In this document: in pieces, positions 18,333 to 28,408 of the stretch | How positions within the stretch are numbered: position 1 is the stretch's first letter | Layout: each line of letters starts with the position of its first letter | NCBI GenBank assembly: GCA_963751455.1 | Contig: CAVVUN010000006.1 | Location: 160,001 to 224,000 of the forward strand | Origin: Nitrospirota bacterium | GTDB lineage: Bacteria > Nitrospirota > UBA9217 | Direction of reading: 5' to 3' | DNA: 64,000 nt | Made by a program: the position numbers and the translations under genes | Notes under the pieces: generated by a model | Told to the model about the DNA's origin: nothing | Databases searched by the model: none | Seen by the model: the letters and a program-made list of their open reading frames with translations, nothing else

Positions 18333-18761
18333 CTACGGAGCAATAATTTTGTATTCCGTCGTAATCGCGACATTGCCTTTCAACATTTGCCATACGAGGC
18401 AGACCGATGCTTCCCCCAATTTGATTGCTTTTTGAACATCCGCATCTTGTGCATCTGCTGAGTTTATTGTGAAGTGGAGAAGAATCTTTTGGAATGATGT
18501 CGGTTGTTCGTCCCGTCTTATCCCTTTTGCATTCACCGTCACCGCGGATACGCTTTTCCCCATTTTTCTCAGTAAAAACCCGATTGTCCCGCCGCTGCAA
18601 GCGCCAAGACTCATGAGCACCATTTCAAGGGGCATATAACCCTGGCCGTCTCCGTGCGGTTGTATATAATCCATAGTGATTGGCGGAAGAGACCTTAAAG
18701 AACCGGTATATCCCAGCTTCCGGTTTGTTGAATTGACCGTAACTTTCAGTTGGTTGCCCAT
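18333..18761 (-). CDS. OsmC family protein
   Basis: PLEMVLMSLGAC plus a second Cys in SVCLV; OsmC/YhfA length. Confidence 0.85.
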   Translation of the reverse strand: MGNQLKVTVNSTNRKLGYTGSLRSLPPITMDYIQPHGDGQGYMPLEMVLMSLGACSGGTIGFLLRKMGKSVSAVTVNAKGIRRDEQPTSFQKILLHFTINSADAQDADVQKAIKLGEASVCLVWQMLKGNVAITTEYKIIAP

Positions 18762-18787
18762 AGCGGTTCTCCTTAAATAAATTAATC

Positions 18788-18954
18788 GTAACCATTCAGC
18801 TTCTTTTCAGAACGGCATTAAGACAAATCTGAGAAAAAACCCTTCTATCCGCAGATTTCGCAGATTTACGCAGATTTTAACCGGAATTCTGGTTTTGTTT
18901 TTATCTGCGAAATCTGCGTAATCTGCGGATAAAAAAAATGACCTGAATAGTTAC
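18788..18954 (+). mobile_element. IS66-type MITE copy 1 (167 bp), target duplication AATTAATC
   Basis: TIRs GTAACCATTCAG/CTGAATAGTTAC; 8-bp direct repeat at 18780-18787 and 18955-18962. Confidence 0.9.
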
Positions 18955-18989
18955 AATTAATCAACCATTTCCCTGCCGCTCATGACAGT

Positions 18990-19421
18990 TCAATCGAGCT
19001 GAGGTCCTTTTCCGATTATCATTTTGCCGCGGTAATAGCGCTGCTTGATTTCCGGCTCTTTTTCAATGTACTTCGCCACGCCATGCTGCTTGATGAAGCT
19101 CAGGCTGAATACTTTGAGGTTATGCGGCAGGACATCCGCCCTGTCTGACGCCGGATTCAGTCTGGCACAGGGAAATTCCGGGCATTCGAAACAGAAATCA
19201 ACTCCCCGCCCGCTCGCGCAGCCGTACGTCGCACAGGTTCCCTGAACAAGCTGGTGCTTTCCCTTTGCCGATCTGCACCCCGGGCAAGGCACTCCGTTCC
19301 AGTTGATCCTTTTAACCAGCCCTTCCCGCAGAGACGGATCGTCTTTGACCCTGTACATCGGGCATGACCCGCAGTATATCCCGCACGGCGCTACCAGTGT
19401 AATATCTTGTTTCTTTTCCAT
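18990..19421 (-). CDS. DUF3795-like Cys-rich protein
   Basis: APCGIYCGSC, CPGC, C..C..FPC; GAGGA RBS. Confidence 0.8.
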   Translation of the reverse strand: MEKKQDITLVAPCGIYCGSCPMYRVKDDPSLREGLVKRINWNGVPCPGCRSAKGKHQLVQGTCATYGCASGRGVDFCFECPEFPCARLNPASDRADVLPHNLKVFSLSFIKQHGVAKYIEKEPEIKQRYYRGKMIIGKGPQLD

Positions 19422-19454
19422 TGCATATTCCTCCTTGTTTGGCTTGTATGCAGG

Positions 19455-19483
19455 TTAGACCGGCCCCGAAGGAAAAGGTTACA
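19455..19483 (-). promoter_or_regulatory. ECF-type promoter TGTAACC-N16-GTCTAA
   Basis: AAC -35 and GTC -10 pattern with 16-nt spacer, just after the ECF sigma stop and upstream of the DUF3795 gene. Confidence 0.65.
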
Positions 19484-19488
19484 AGAGC

Positions 19489-20271
19489 TCAGGAAAAAAT
19501 CGACCACTCTTTGCGCTGAATTCCGCACCTGACTCTTTCCACAAAGGCGTCATCCGCCCCGCTTTTATACATGTTCTCATAGAACGCACGGAGCGTCATC
19601 AGGTTGATGACGTCTTTTTTGCCTTGCACGTTGACCGGCGGGAGGGGTTGAACGGGGGCGTCTTTTGAAATCATTCCCTTCGATGCCGCGAAGCGGACGT
19701 ACTGTTTGCAATTGCAGGGATTATTTTTTTTGATGAACTGGCACATGTTCTCCATGTACCCGAACCATCGCTTCTTGGCGCGGTGAAGCGTCGTTTTGAC
19801 CGAGCCGACCGAACAATCCAGAATTTCAGCGATCTGCTTGTGCGGCAGGTCCAGCGTAATCGCCAGGCAGAACACCTTCCGTTCATTCGCCTGGAGGCAC
19901 TCGGTTAAGGCATGCAGGCACTTGATCCTTACCTGGTGGGCGAGAAGCTCGGTCTCCGGGTTGTTCGCGGGATTTCTATCTATCACTTCTTCAAATGAAT
20001 ATCCCATGTCCTCGGTCAGCATCTGGTAAGGGAGCTTGCTCCGGTATTTCAGATGGTCATTGGCGACGTTCAGCGCGATTCGGTATATCCAGGTGAAGAA
20101 GGAGCTTTCTTCCCGGAACGTGTCATAGGAACGAAAGGCGCGGAAGAACGTTTCCTGGGTGATGTCCTCGGCGTCGTGAGCGTTCCCAACGAGCGAAAGG
20201 GCGAGCCGGTACACTTTTACGTGGTTGTCGCGGTATAGTTGATCAAAATGTTCCTCGATTTCTTGAGACAA
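19489..20271 (-). CDS. ECF sigma factor with Cys-rich C-terminal extension
   Basis: DAEDITQETF.RA, FFTWIYRIA.N, region 4 IAEIL.CSVGSVKTTLHRAK; extra CLHALTECL and CQFIKKNNPCNC. Confidence 0.9.
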   Translation of the reverse strand: MSQEIEEHFDQLYRDNHVKVYRLALSLVGNAHDAEDITQETFFRAFRSYDTFREESSFFTWIYRIALNVANDHLKYRSKLPYQMLTEDMGYSFEEVIDRNPANNPETELLAHQVRIKCLHALTECLQANERKVFCLAITLDLPHKQIAEILDCSVGSVKTTLHRAKKRWFGYMENMCQFIKKNNPCNCKQYVRFAASKGMISKDAPVQPLPPVNVQGKKDVINLMTLRAFYENMYKSGADDAFVERVRCGIQRKEWSIFS

Positions 20272-20379
20272 GGGGCACCTCTTTCTATGCGGCGAGCGTA
20301 CTATATTTTCAGGAAAGGAACAAGGGGAAAAAGCAGACTGAGAGCGCCGGGTGCAGGCGACGGGAAGCGACGGGTGTAT

Positions 20380-20450
20380 GAAGTTAGAAGTTAGAAGTTA
20401 GAAGTTAGAAGTTGGGAGGTTCGGAGTGCGGATTGCACGCCCCGCACTCC
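20380..20450. repeat. GAAGTTA heptamer x4-5 followed by a GGAGTGCGG/CCGCACTCC hairpin
   Basis: Tandem repeat at 20380-20414; stem at 20423-20450. Confidence 0.75.
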
Positions 20451-20468
20451 TTCTTCTCTTCACTGCTA

Positions 20469-21275
20469 TCACGCAGCCGCACGTCCTTTTATCATTGCTT
20501 CCAGCTCCTGTTGATCCGGACCGACAAAGGGCTTCTGGTCCGGAGCCTGCGTCAGGAGGTGCAGCAGCTCTTCAGTCATAGTGTGCGCCGCCGGAAGATG
20601 ACTGCTCAGAATGACTTTTGGCGATACCATACGGATTCCATCGAGTGCCATTGCGAAGGTTTTCCGGTCCACCGCGTGCAGCCACGGTGAGTCTACCGTT
20701 GTCCAGGTCAGCAGTCCTTCCCCCAGCAGTTCTGATCCGATCGCGGCGGCGTCTTCTACCGGCTCTGCCATAAGCGCCCCGAAGCAATCCACGCTGAAAT
20801 AAGCAGCGCTTTTCGAATCATAAAACCCGGTCGACTCCGGAGCATCGTACGTCGGCGGCTTGATCGCGATGAGTGTCCGATCTCCCACGTTTATGGTTTG
20901 TCCCGGGTTCAGCAGGTAGATGCGCTCCATGGACAGAGGCCTGATCAGGCTCATTTTCCCGAGCGCAAGAAAGGTCGTGATAATGCGCAGCTTGGGAGCG
21001 ATCTCAAGGACCCGCTGGAGGCTTCCAATATGGTCCGAATCAACATGGGTCAGAAACAGCCACCTGAGATCCCGCGGGTCTATGACTTTTGACAATTTCT
21101 CGATAAACTGATCGGAGACAAGCGGCTGTCCCGTGTCTACGAGCACCGGTTCACCGGCCTTCAGAACGAAGGCATTTATCGGAAGGATACCCATTCCGGG
21201 TATGGGGAAATAGGAAGGTAAAACCTCTATATCCTGTGCTGCGCTGTACGGCTCAAACATTTTCGGCGTATCCAT
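20469..21275 (-). CDS. metallo-beta-lactamase-fold hydrolase (FprA-like domain)
   Basis: LVDTG, THVDSDH, SVDCFG, SSH motifs. Confidence 0.85.
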   Translation of the reverse strand: MDTPKMFEPYSAAQDIEVLPSYFPIPGMGILPINAFVLKAGEPVLVDTGQPLVSDQFIEKLSKVIDPRDLRWLFLTHVDSDHIGSLQRVLEIAPKLRIITTFLALGKMSLIRPLSMERIYLLNPGQTINVGDRTLIAIKPPTYDAPESTGFYDSKSAAYFSVDCFGALMAEPVEDAAAIGSELLGEGLLTWTTVDSPWLHAVDRKTFAMALDGIRMVSPKVILSSHLPAAHTMTEELLHLLTQAPDQKPFVGPDQQELEAMIKGRAAA

Positions 21276-21314
21276 AGCTTACCTCCTAGCGATCGTGATC
21301 GGGTTTCAGCCCGA

Positions 21315-22761
21315 TTACGCTGCTTTCTTTTGCTTCCGTGGTTTGATATTGAAGTTGACGCGGAAAAGATTATCAGGATCGTAGATTGCCTTTACCTGCT
21401 GCAGTCTCGCATAGTTGGCCCCGAAGCTGGCCTCAAGCATTTTCTCCTTTTCCTCGGCAAGACCCGCAAAATTCAGGTACGTCCTCGACTGGGAAAGGTC
21501 CTGCACTTCTTTGAGCGATGTTCTCGTCCACTGGATATTGGCTTCGTCATCTTCCTTATTGTCCCAGTTGGACTCATAGTTGATGGTGAATTTGACATCC
21601 CGGCTTCCGAAGGCGGTCTCCGCCGGACCCACCCGGGCGAAAGCGCCGCCCATCGGCCAGATGTCGATGGAGGTGAGCAGCGACGGCCGCGACGCGCCAT
21701 GCCGGACCACTGCTTCGATCACCGGTTCGGTCAACTCCTTTATCAGCGTCGATTTCCAGTAATAGCGCCGGCCGCGCGGATAGTCTTCGTCGAAGAACTT
21801 CTGAACGTCGACCCACGTTTTGCGGCTCGTCAGGTCCGCAACCGCGGGTTTGCAGGTCCTCAGCGGCTCAAGAATCGCCTCCGCCTTCTCGGGAGGTCCG
21901 AGACAGCAGCCCAGCAGAAAGAGCACGTTGCTGCCGCGGTGCTTTTCGGGAACAGCCGGCAGATCCGGCGCGGTCCAGAGCGCACCCAGCACCATAAGCT
22001 CCTCCGGCGCCTCTGCCATGTACGAGCGCAGGAAACGGAGAACATCCGCAGCATGCTCCAGGGGAAAAAGGGTAACAGCGAACAGCAGTTCGCGCGGTAT
22101 GGGGTAAAGACGCGAGACAAAGGAGGTTACTACTCCGAAGTTGCCTCCGCCTCCCCGGAGCGCCCAGAAGAGATCGCTATGCTCTTCCGCGTTTGCCCGG
22201 CAGCAGCGCTCCATCCGCGGTAACGATCTCGGCTTCGACGAGGTTGTCTGCTGCCAGTCCGCGTTTCCTGAGCTGCCATCCCATGCCGCCGTGCAGCGTG
22301 AGGCCGGCGTATCCGGTTTCGGTTACGACACCTGTGGGCGTAGCAAGGCCGTGGACAAAGGTTTCGTGGTCCACATCGCCGAGCACAGCGCCGCCCTCGA
22401 TATGGACAACCTTTCTTTTCAGGTCAACCCGTACGGACCTCATCTCCGAAAGGTCCACGACCAGCCCTCCGTCGCACGTGGCATTGCCGGCAACGTTATG
22501 CCCTCCGCCGCGAACCGCAATCAGGATGCCGTATTCCCGCGCAAAGTTTACGCAATGGATCACGTCTGCCGTTCCCCGGCACTTCACGATAAGCCCCGGC
22601 CTCTTGTCGATCATCCCGTTCCAGAGCTTCCTCGATACTTCGTAGAGAGCGTCATCGGGCAGGATCAGCCTTCCGCGAAGTCTCCCCTTTAAAGCATCAA
22701 GCGCCGCTCCCTCAAGGACCGTTTCCCCTTCCGAGAGCGTTTTGACTTTCACAATTGACAT
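21315..22761 (-). CDS. FAD-binding oxidoreductase with BBE domain, frameshift near 22205
   Basis: RGGGHN, GLTLHGGMG, DLFWALRGGGGNFGVVT, YLNF...NYARL..VK..YDPDNLFR.N.NI. Confidence 0.9.
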
Positions 22762-22864
22762 GATGGTACCTCTGTCCAGTATTCGGCATACACAGACAAT
22801 CTACGCGGCCGGACACTAGTACCCTGTAAAGGTAATTCTTGATGGTGTATTGCGCTTCTTTTTT

Positions 22865-22952
22865 CCGTCACCCCGGCATGACTTTAGCCGGGGTCCAGAG
22901 GTTTGAATCGAAATTTCCCTGGATTCCGGCTTAAAACGTGCCGGAATGACGG
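22865..22952. repeat. REP-like paired palindrome (GTCA.CCCGGC...GCCGGGGTCCAG // CTGGATTCCGGC...GCCGGAATGAC)
   Basis: Two inverted hairpin units between genes. Confidence 0.7.
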
Positions 22953-22985
22953 CGTTGAACCATTAACAACTAAGTTTACGGAGTA

Positions 22986-24023
22986 CTAATCAAGCTTCGG
23001 CTTGGGCGTGCTTTCTGTTGAGGCGGGCAGGATCGGATAGGATACCGAAGGCTGCTCGCCCGTTGTTGTTCGAAGGAACTCACGGATTCTTTCAATTTCA
23101 GTCTGGTTCAATTTTATACCAAGCTGTGCATTCCCCATTATTGCGACCGCATCTGTAAGGCTCCATACCTTCCCCGAGTGGAAATACGGCGGGGTCAGCT
23201 CTATATTCCGGAGCGTCGGCGCCTTGAACCGGTATTCATCCGATTTGATTCCCGTGACCTTGAAGCGTCCCTTGTCGCCTGCCATGATATCAGCCGCGGG
23301 TTTCGCTATGACTCCGAATGGATAGTAGGCGGCTCCTCCCATGTTCACCCCGCCGTGGCATGCCGCGCAGCCCTTATCCATGAACAGCTTGAGCCCTTCC
23401 TTTTCTCCGCTGTTCAGCGAATCAGCTCCATTCAGGTACTGATCGAAGCGGGACCGGGGAGTGATGAGGGTGGCTTCAAACACGGCAATTGCCTTTACCA
23501 TGTTCTCAAAGGTGACCGGATCCTGTTCACCCGGGAAGGCTTTCTTGAAGATCATTACATATTCGGGCATGCTCTTGATGCTCTCAACCACGCGTGCAGG
23601 TGTATTGCTCATCTCGACCGCGGCCTGCACCGGTCCTTTGGCCTGCTGCGCAAGGTCTGCCGCCCTGCCGTCCCAGAATTGAGCGATGTTAAATACGGAG
23701 TTGAGAACAGTCGGCGCATTGCGCGGCCCTCTTTGCCATTTGTGCCCCACGGATGTTTCCTGAAAGTCGACGCCTCCCATTCCGAGATTGTGACAGGTAT
23801 TGCAGCTGATAAGACCGCTCGCTGACAACCGGGGGTCGAAATAAAGCTGTTTACCCAGAGCGACTTTATCGGGAGATGAGGGATTGTCCTTGACTGCGGG
23901 CGGCGTATCCGGTATGGAGATAAACATTTTCCCCGCCTGGGAGTCAAGAGCTTCATCCGCATAGGCTTCATTAATGATACCAAGAGCGAATATAAGCATT
24001 ACTCCGTATATAATCCGCTTCAT
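22986..24023 (-). CDS. diheme cytochrome c peroxidase
   Basis: Signal peptide; LYFDPRLS..G.ISCNTCH, RNAPTV.N, QFWDGRA, CAACH, FKAPTLRNI..TPPYFHSG. Confidence 0.92.
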   Translation of the reverse strand: MKRIIYGVMLIFALGIINEAYADEALDSQAGKMFISIPDTPPAVKDNPSSPDKVALGKQLYFDPRLSASGLISCNTCHNLGMGGVDFQETSVGHKWQRGPRNAPTVLNSVFNIAQFWDGRAADLAQQAKGPVQAAVEMSNTPARVVESIKSMPEYVMIFKKAFPGEQDPVTFENMVKAIAVFEATLITPRSRFDQYLNGADSLNSGEKEGLKLFMDKGCAACHGGVNMGGAAYYPFGVIAKPAADIMAGDKGRFKVTGIKSDEYRFKAPTLRNIELTPPYFHSGKVWSLTDAVAIMGNAQLGIKLNQTEIERIREFLRTTTGEQPSVSYPILPASTESTPKPKLD

Positions 24024-24212
24024 TTGACACCTCCTCTGCTTGACGGATACTATTTTGAATATAGCACGCCATGCCGGAATGTGCCCCGGCGAGCGGGTAA
24101 TCACTGCATAACGCATCACTAAACTTTTAGAGGCATATTTAAAGAAAGTCTGTTGCAGAAATTATTTTTTTGGGATAATCTTGACGCACGTATTCCGGGC
24201 TGAGGAGGTATT

Positions 24213-25113
24213 GTGGAGCGTCAGGAGCGTTTCAGCAGTGCGAACAGGGTCATTCAGACAGGGTTCTGGATAAACGCCGCGCTTATGACCATGAAGCTCC
24301 TCGCGGGTCATTTCGGCAGGTCCGAGGCGGTCTTTGCCGACGGCATGGAGAGCGCTGCTGATTTCATCGCCATCCTCGCAAGCATGGCCGCGCTTCGCAT
24401 CGGGCGCAAACCGTTTGACGAGCAGCATCCCTACGGCCACGGCAAAGCCGAAAGCATCGCCGCCATCGTCGTTGCCCTGGTCATCTTCGCGACCGGCGGC
24501 TGGATCCTTATCCGGTCAATCCATACGATCATAGATCGGGCATACGAGGTCCCGGGTGCTGTTGCGGTTGCCGCGGCCTTTCTGACCATCATCACCAAGG
24601 AGGCGCTCTACCGGTATACCTATGCTGCCGGCAGAAAACTCGGGAGCCCTGCCATCCTGGCCTCCGCGAAGGACCATCGGAAGGATGCAATTACTTCTGT
24701 CAGCACGTTGATCGGCGTGACCGGCGCTTTTTTCGGCCTGACAATCCTGGACCCCATTGCCGCCGGGCTCACCTCCTTCTTTATCTTTTACATCGGTTAT
24801 GAGACCTTTATGAGCGCCGCAAACGATCTGATGGACGGCAGCCCTGCTGACGAGTGCGTGGGCGATATCGTAAAGATCGCAGAGAGCTGTTGAAGGCGTC
24901 GAGCACGTGCATGAGATCCGCTGCCGCCGGTCCGGCCAGTACCTTATCGTGGACCTCAAGCTCGACATGGACCCGGACATGACCGTGCGGAAGTCACATG
25001 CCATAGCAACTGAGGTGAAACGGCTGATCTTTGTGCAGGTCCCGAATGTGGGCGACGTGATGATCCACATCAATCCTCACGAGGAAGACCATGAGGACCT
25101 GGTCCGGCTGTGA
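24213..25113 (+). CDS. cation diffusion facilitator transporter, frameshift near 24888
   Basis: D..ES..D, HPYGHGKAE, DH.KD, C-terminal SH.IA..V.......DV.IHINP. Confidence 0.9.
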
Positions 25114-25144
25114 AATGTCTCAGAACGGGAGCTGTTCACGTTTT

Positions 25145-25310
25145 GTAACTATTCAGGTCATTTTTTTATCCGCAGATTACGCAGATTACGCAGATAAAAA
25201 CAAAACCAGAATTCCGGTTAAAATCTGCGTAAATCTGCGAAATCTGCGGATAGAAGGGTTTTTTCTCAGATTTGTCTTAATGCCGTTCTGAAAAGAAGCT
25301 GAATGGTTAC
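25145..25310 (-). mobile_element. IS66-type MITE copy 2 (166 bp, inverted), target duplication CACGTTTT
   Basis: Direct repeat at 25137-25144 and 25311-25318. Confidence 0.9.
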
Positions 25311-25329
25311 CACGTTTTTTAAATTTACT

Positions 25330-25704
25330 TTACGCAGCCTTTTTCCGTTCAGCAGCGTTCATCCTGGCTTCTATATATTCTTTCAAGGCGGCAGCGTTGT
25401 TGAAGCGTTCCTCCTTTGCTCCGAACAGCAGCGAGACTGTTCCCTTCCGCGCAGCATCGGCTATCGCATCAACGATTTCTTCCCTGCCCTTCAGTTCCTT
25501 GATATAGCGTTTTTTGAATTCGTCCCACTTGTCTGAATCGTGACCAAACCATTTCCTGAGGTCGCTGCTCGGCGCAAGCTCTTTCAGCCATTCATCGATC
25601 CGCGCTTTTTCCTTCTTCAGTCCTCTCGGCCAGAGCCGGTCAATCAGTATTCTTTTGCCGTCTGCCCTTGACGGAGGTTCATAGACACGTTTTATATTTA
25701 TCAT
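25330..25704 (-). CDS. DUF488 (YeaO-like) protein
   Basis: KRVYE....DG.RILIDRLWPRG.KKE, W.K.LAPS..LRKWF.H. Confidence 0.9.
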   Translation of the reverse strand: MINIKRVYEPPSRADGKRILIDRLWPRGLKKEKARIDEWLKELAPSSDLRKWFGHDSDKWDEFKKRYIKELKGREEIVDAIADAARKGTVSLLFGAKEERFNNAAALKEYIEARMNAAERKKAA

Positions 25705-25837
25705 TTGCCTTCCTCACACAATAACCATGGCATTCAAAATGAGACATCCGGCTGATTAATTTTATCATGCTTTCCGGATTGCCGCGCGGCAAACTGATGT
25801 GATAGTCTTAAGACAAGTGCATTCAAGAAGAATTCAA

Positions 25838-26655
25838 ATGAATACAATTAAAGATTATTCATAAACTACGGGATCAATCGGCTCTTGTTACGGGCGGCAA
25901 TACCGGCATCGGCAAGGCCATAGCAAACGCATTTGGAGAAGAAGGTTGTAATGTGGCCGTGAACTATATCGCCGGGGAAGAAGACGCCCAAAGAGTCGCA
26001 GATGATATCCGGCAGCAAGGAGTCAAAAGCCTGGCTCATAAGGCTGATGTGAGCAGCGAGGACGAGGTCAGGCAGATGTTTCGCCGGATGATCGAGGAGT
26101 TCGGCACAATTGATATTCTTGTAAATAATGCCGGGATCCAGAAGGACGCGCCGCTCATTGATATGTCCCTTGAATACTGGAAGCGGGTAATAGACGTAAA
26201 TCTCACCGGTTATTTCCTCTGTGCACGCGAGGCCGCGCGCGAATTCATCAGACGCGGCGTCGTGCCGAGCGCTCTGCAGCGGCCGGCAAGATCATCTGCA
26301 TCAGTTCGGTACACGAGGTCATCCCCTGGGCCGGCCACTGCAACTACGCGGCGTCAAAAGGAGGCGTCATGCTTCTGATGAAGACCATGGCACAGGAACT
26401 TGCACCCGATAAGGTCCGCGTAAACAGCATTTGTCCCGGCGCGATCAGGACGAACATTAATACGAAGCCTGGGAATACCCACAAGCGGCCGCGGAACTGC
26501 TCAAGCTTATACCCTACGGCAGAATCGGATTGCCCGACGATATTGCAAGAGCAGCGGTATGGCTTGCATCTGACGAGTCCGACTACATGACCGGCGCTTC
26601 GGTCTATATCGACGGCGGAATGACGCTCTACCCCGGATTTTCCGAGAGAGGATAA
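25838..26655 (+). CDS. glucose 1-dehydrogenase-like SDR, several frameshifts
   Basis: VTGGNTGIG, VNNAG, HEVIPW...NYAASKGG, RVNSICPG, IDGGMTLYPGF spread across three frames. Confidence 0.8.
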
Positions 26656-26698
26656 GGAACCCGTAAAATGGGAAGTCGCCTGCGTGCTCAAAAACGAT

Positions 26699-27625
26699 TC
26701 ATCTCTTTTTTGTAAGAGTATAGAAATCGATCAACTTGCCTTTAGTGCTGTAGAATTCGAAGAGTACCGCAGTGTTTGAGGCGGTAATCAGCATGGCGCC
26801 ATGATCTTCATTGTACCGGAACCTGCTTCCGGGCACTTCCGATTCCATTGCGTGAATAAAAGAGCCGCCGAGCCCGTTGACAAAGTATGCAATGTCATCT
26901 ACCATTATGCTCTCGTAGATGTGATTATCACCTGAAATGACCGTATCCACTCCCCAGGCTTTAAAAGGCCACCTCATGACTTTGGATGAACCCTTTTTCC
27001 CTGATGAAAACGGAGCAGAGTGAAAATAGACGAGCTTGAAACTGCTTTGTGAACTGTTGACCGCAAGCCGCAGCCACTCTGCCTGGCGGGAATCGGCTTT
27101 GTTTCCGTCAGGCTCATTGTCCTCGCTGTTCAACACAAAAAACTGAACCGGGCCCCATACAAAGGTATAATACCGTTCGTTTCCCGGTAAGGTAAAATAA
27201 TCCAGGTACGGCCGGGCGCACGCCGCGCCCCAATCGTGATTTCCCATGCTCGGGAAGAAACGGTTCACGTTTCCGCCCGGTCCATATCTCCCGGGATAGG
27301 GATGAATAAATTCATTATAGTATTTGCCTATATTGGCATCGATCGTCGCTGCCTCTCCCGACGGATAATTGTTATCACCGGTGGTAATAATGAAATCCGG
27401 CTTCCAGGATTTTACGAGCTGGGAAACTGCGAGTTCTCCTGGACTGTCTGCGCCGAAATCTCCGATTACGGCGAATCGGATCTTCGCGGCGGTGTTGAAA
27501 ACCGGGACCGGACCTGTTGATGACGCCGGCCAGATGCAGTTACTGCCCGTTGTCGCGCATCCTGTCAACAGAATAAGGATCACCAGGCACAGTCTTGCAA
27601 GAATATGTCTCAAACCCGTTTTCAT
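26699..27625 (-). CDS. calcineurin-like metallophosphoesterase, probable lipoprotein
   Basis: Lipobox LTGC; GDFG, TGDNNY, GNHDW motifs; last motif is a variant (SGDNH). Confidence 0.85.
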   Translation of the reverse strand: MKTGLRHILARLCLVILILLTGCATTGSNCIWPASSTGPVPVFNTAAKIRFAVIGDFGADSPGELAVSQLVKSWKPDFIITTGDNNYPSGEAATIDANIGKYYNEFIHPYPGRYGPGGNVNRFFPSMGNHDWGAACARPYLDYFTLPGNERYYTFVWGPVQFFVLNSEDNEPDGNKADSRQAEWLRLAVNSSQSSFKLVYFHSAPFSSGKKGSSKVMRWPFKAWGVDTVISGDNHIYESIMVDDIAYFVNGLGGSFIHAMESEVPGSRFRYNEDHGAMLITASNTAVLFEFYSTKGKLIDFYTLTKKR

Positions 27626-27674
27626 GATATCCGCACACGTGCAGGGGAGGACTGTTTCTCGGTTGGTTGGTCTC

Positions 27675-28193
27675 TCAGCCATTAACTTCTCCGATGGCGG
27701 CCCCTGCTCCCCACTCCTCTTCTTTCTCCTCCTCGTCCTCAACCGCGATCGGTTCGCTTTTAATGAAGAGGATCGAGCAGGGTATCTTTCTCAACAATTC
27801 CTTGTTTTTCCCGCCGAAGAGAAAGTGCTCGAGCCGTGCTTCCTCGTGCGCGGGTAAGACCATGAGGTCGATCTCTTTTTCCCTGATCACCTCCAGGATA
27901 TCGTTCACCGGCTTTCCCTCGCGGACCATATGCTCTATCGCAATTCCCTGCTGCGTCTCGCGGTTGATGATTACCTGCATGTCGGACTTGATTTTCCGGA
28001 GGAGCTGCTGATAGTCCTTTTCGAGGGAAGGCCTTGGAAGACTTAGCCCTTTCACGCCGAATGGATTGTAGACCACGGTCAGAACGACCAGCTCCGCCCT
28101 GGTGTCGCGGGCGAGCGTGGCCGCGTAGTGAACAGTTTCTCCGCAATCGCTCACTGTCCCGCAAATTGCGAGGATCCGTTTAATGTCTTTCAT
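27675..28193 (-). CDS. universal stress protein with acidic C-terminal tail
   Basis: IKRIL, EGKP...I......IDL.VL, LFG.....LLR..PCSIL. Confidence 0.85.
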   Translation of the reverse strand: MKDIKRILAICGTVSDCGETVHYAATLARDTRAELVVLTVVYNPFGVKGLSLPRPSLEKDYQQLLRKIKSDMQVIINRETQQGIAIEHMVREGKPVNDILEVIREKEIDLMVLPAHEEARLEHFLFGGKNKELLRKIPCSILFIKSEPIAVEDEEEKEEEWGAGAAIGEVNG

Positions 28194-28408
28194 AGTGCCT
28201 CCGCAGTATGCCGGGTTGTATGTACCGCAGGACGGCAACTATCTTTTCTAATTTAGAAGTAGCAAATTAAAAAGCTGAAGTCAAGCCGGATAAGGGCTGA
28301 GAGGATGAGGGCGGGGCGTTCCTGCAACTTTATCTTTTGTACAGGAGTGGGACCGCGGAACTGAGCGGCAGGCGCCCAGAACGATTGAAGCCCGGGCTTC
28401 TTCACCTG

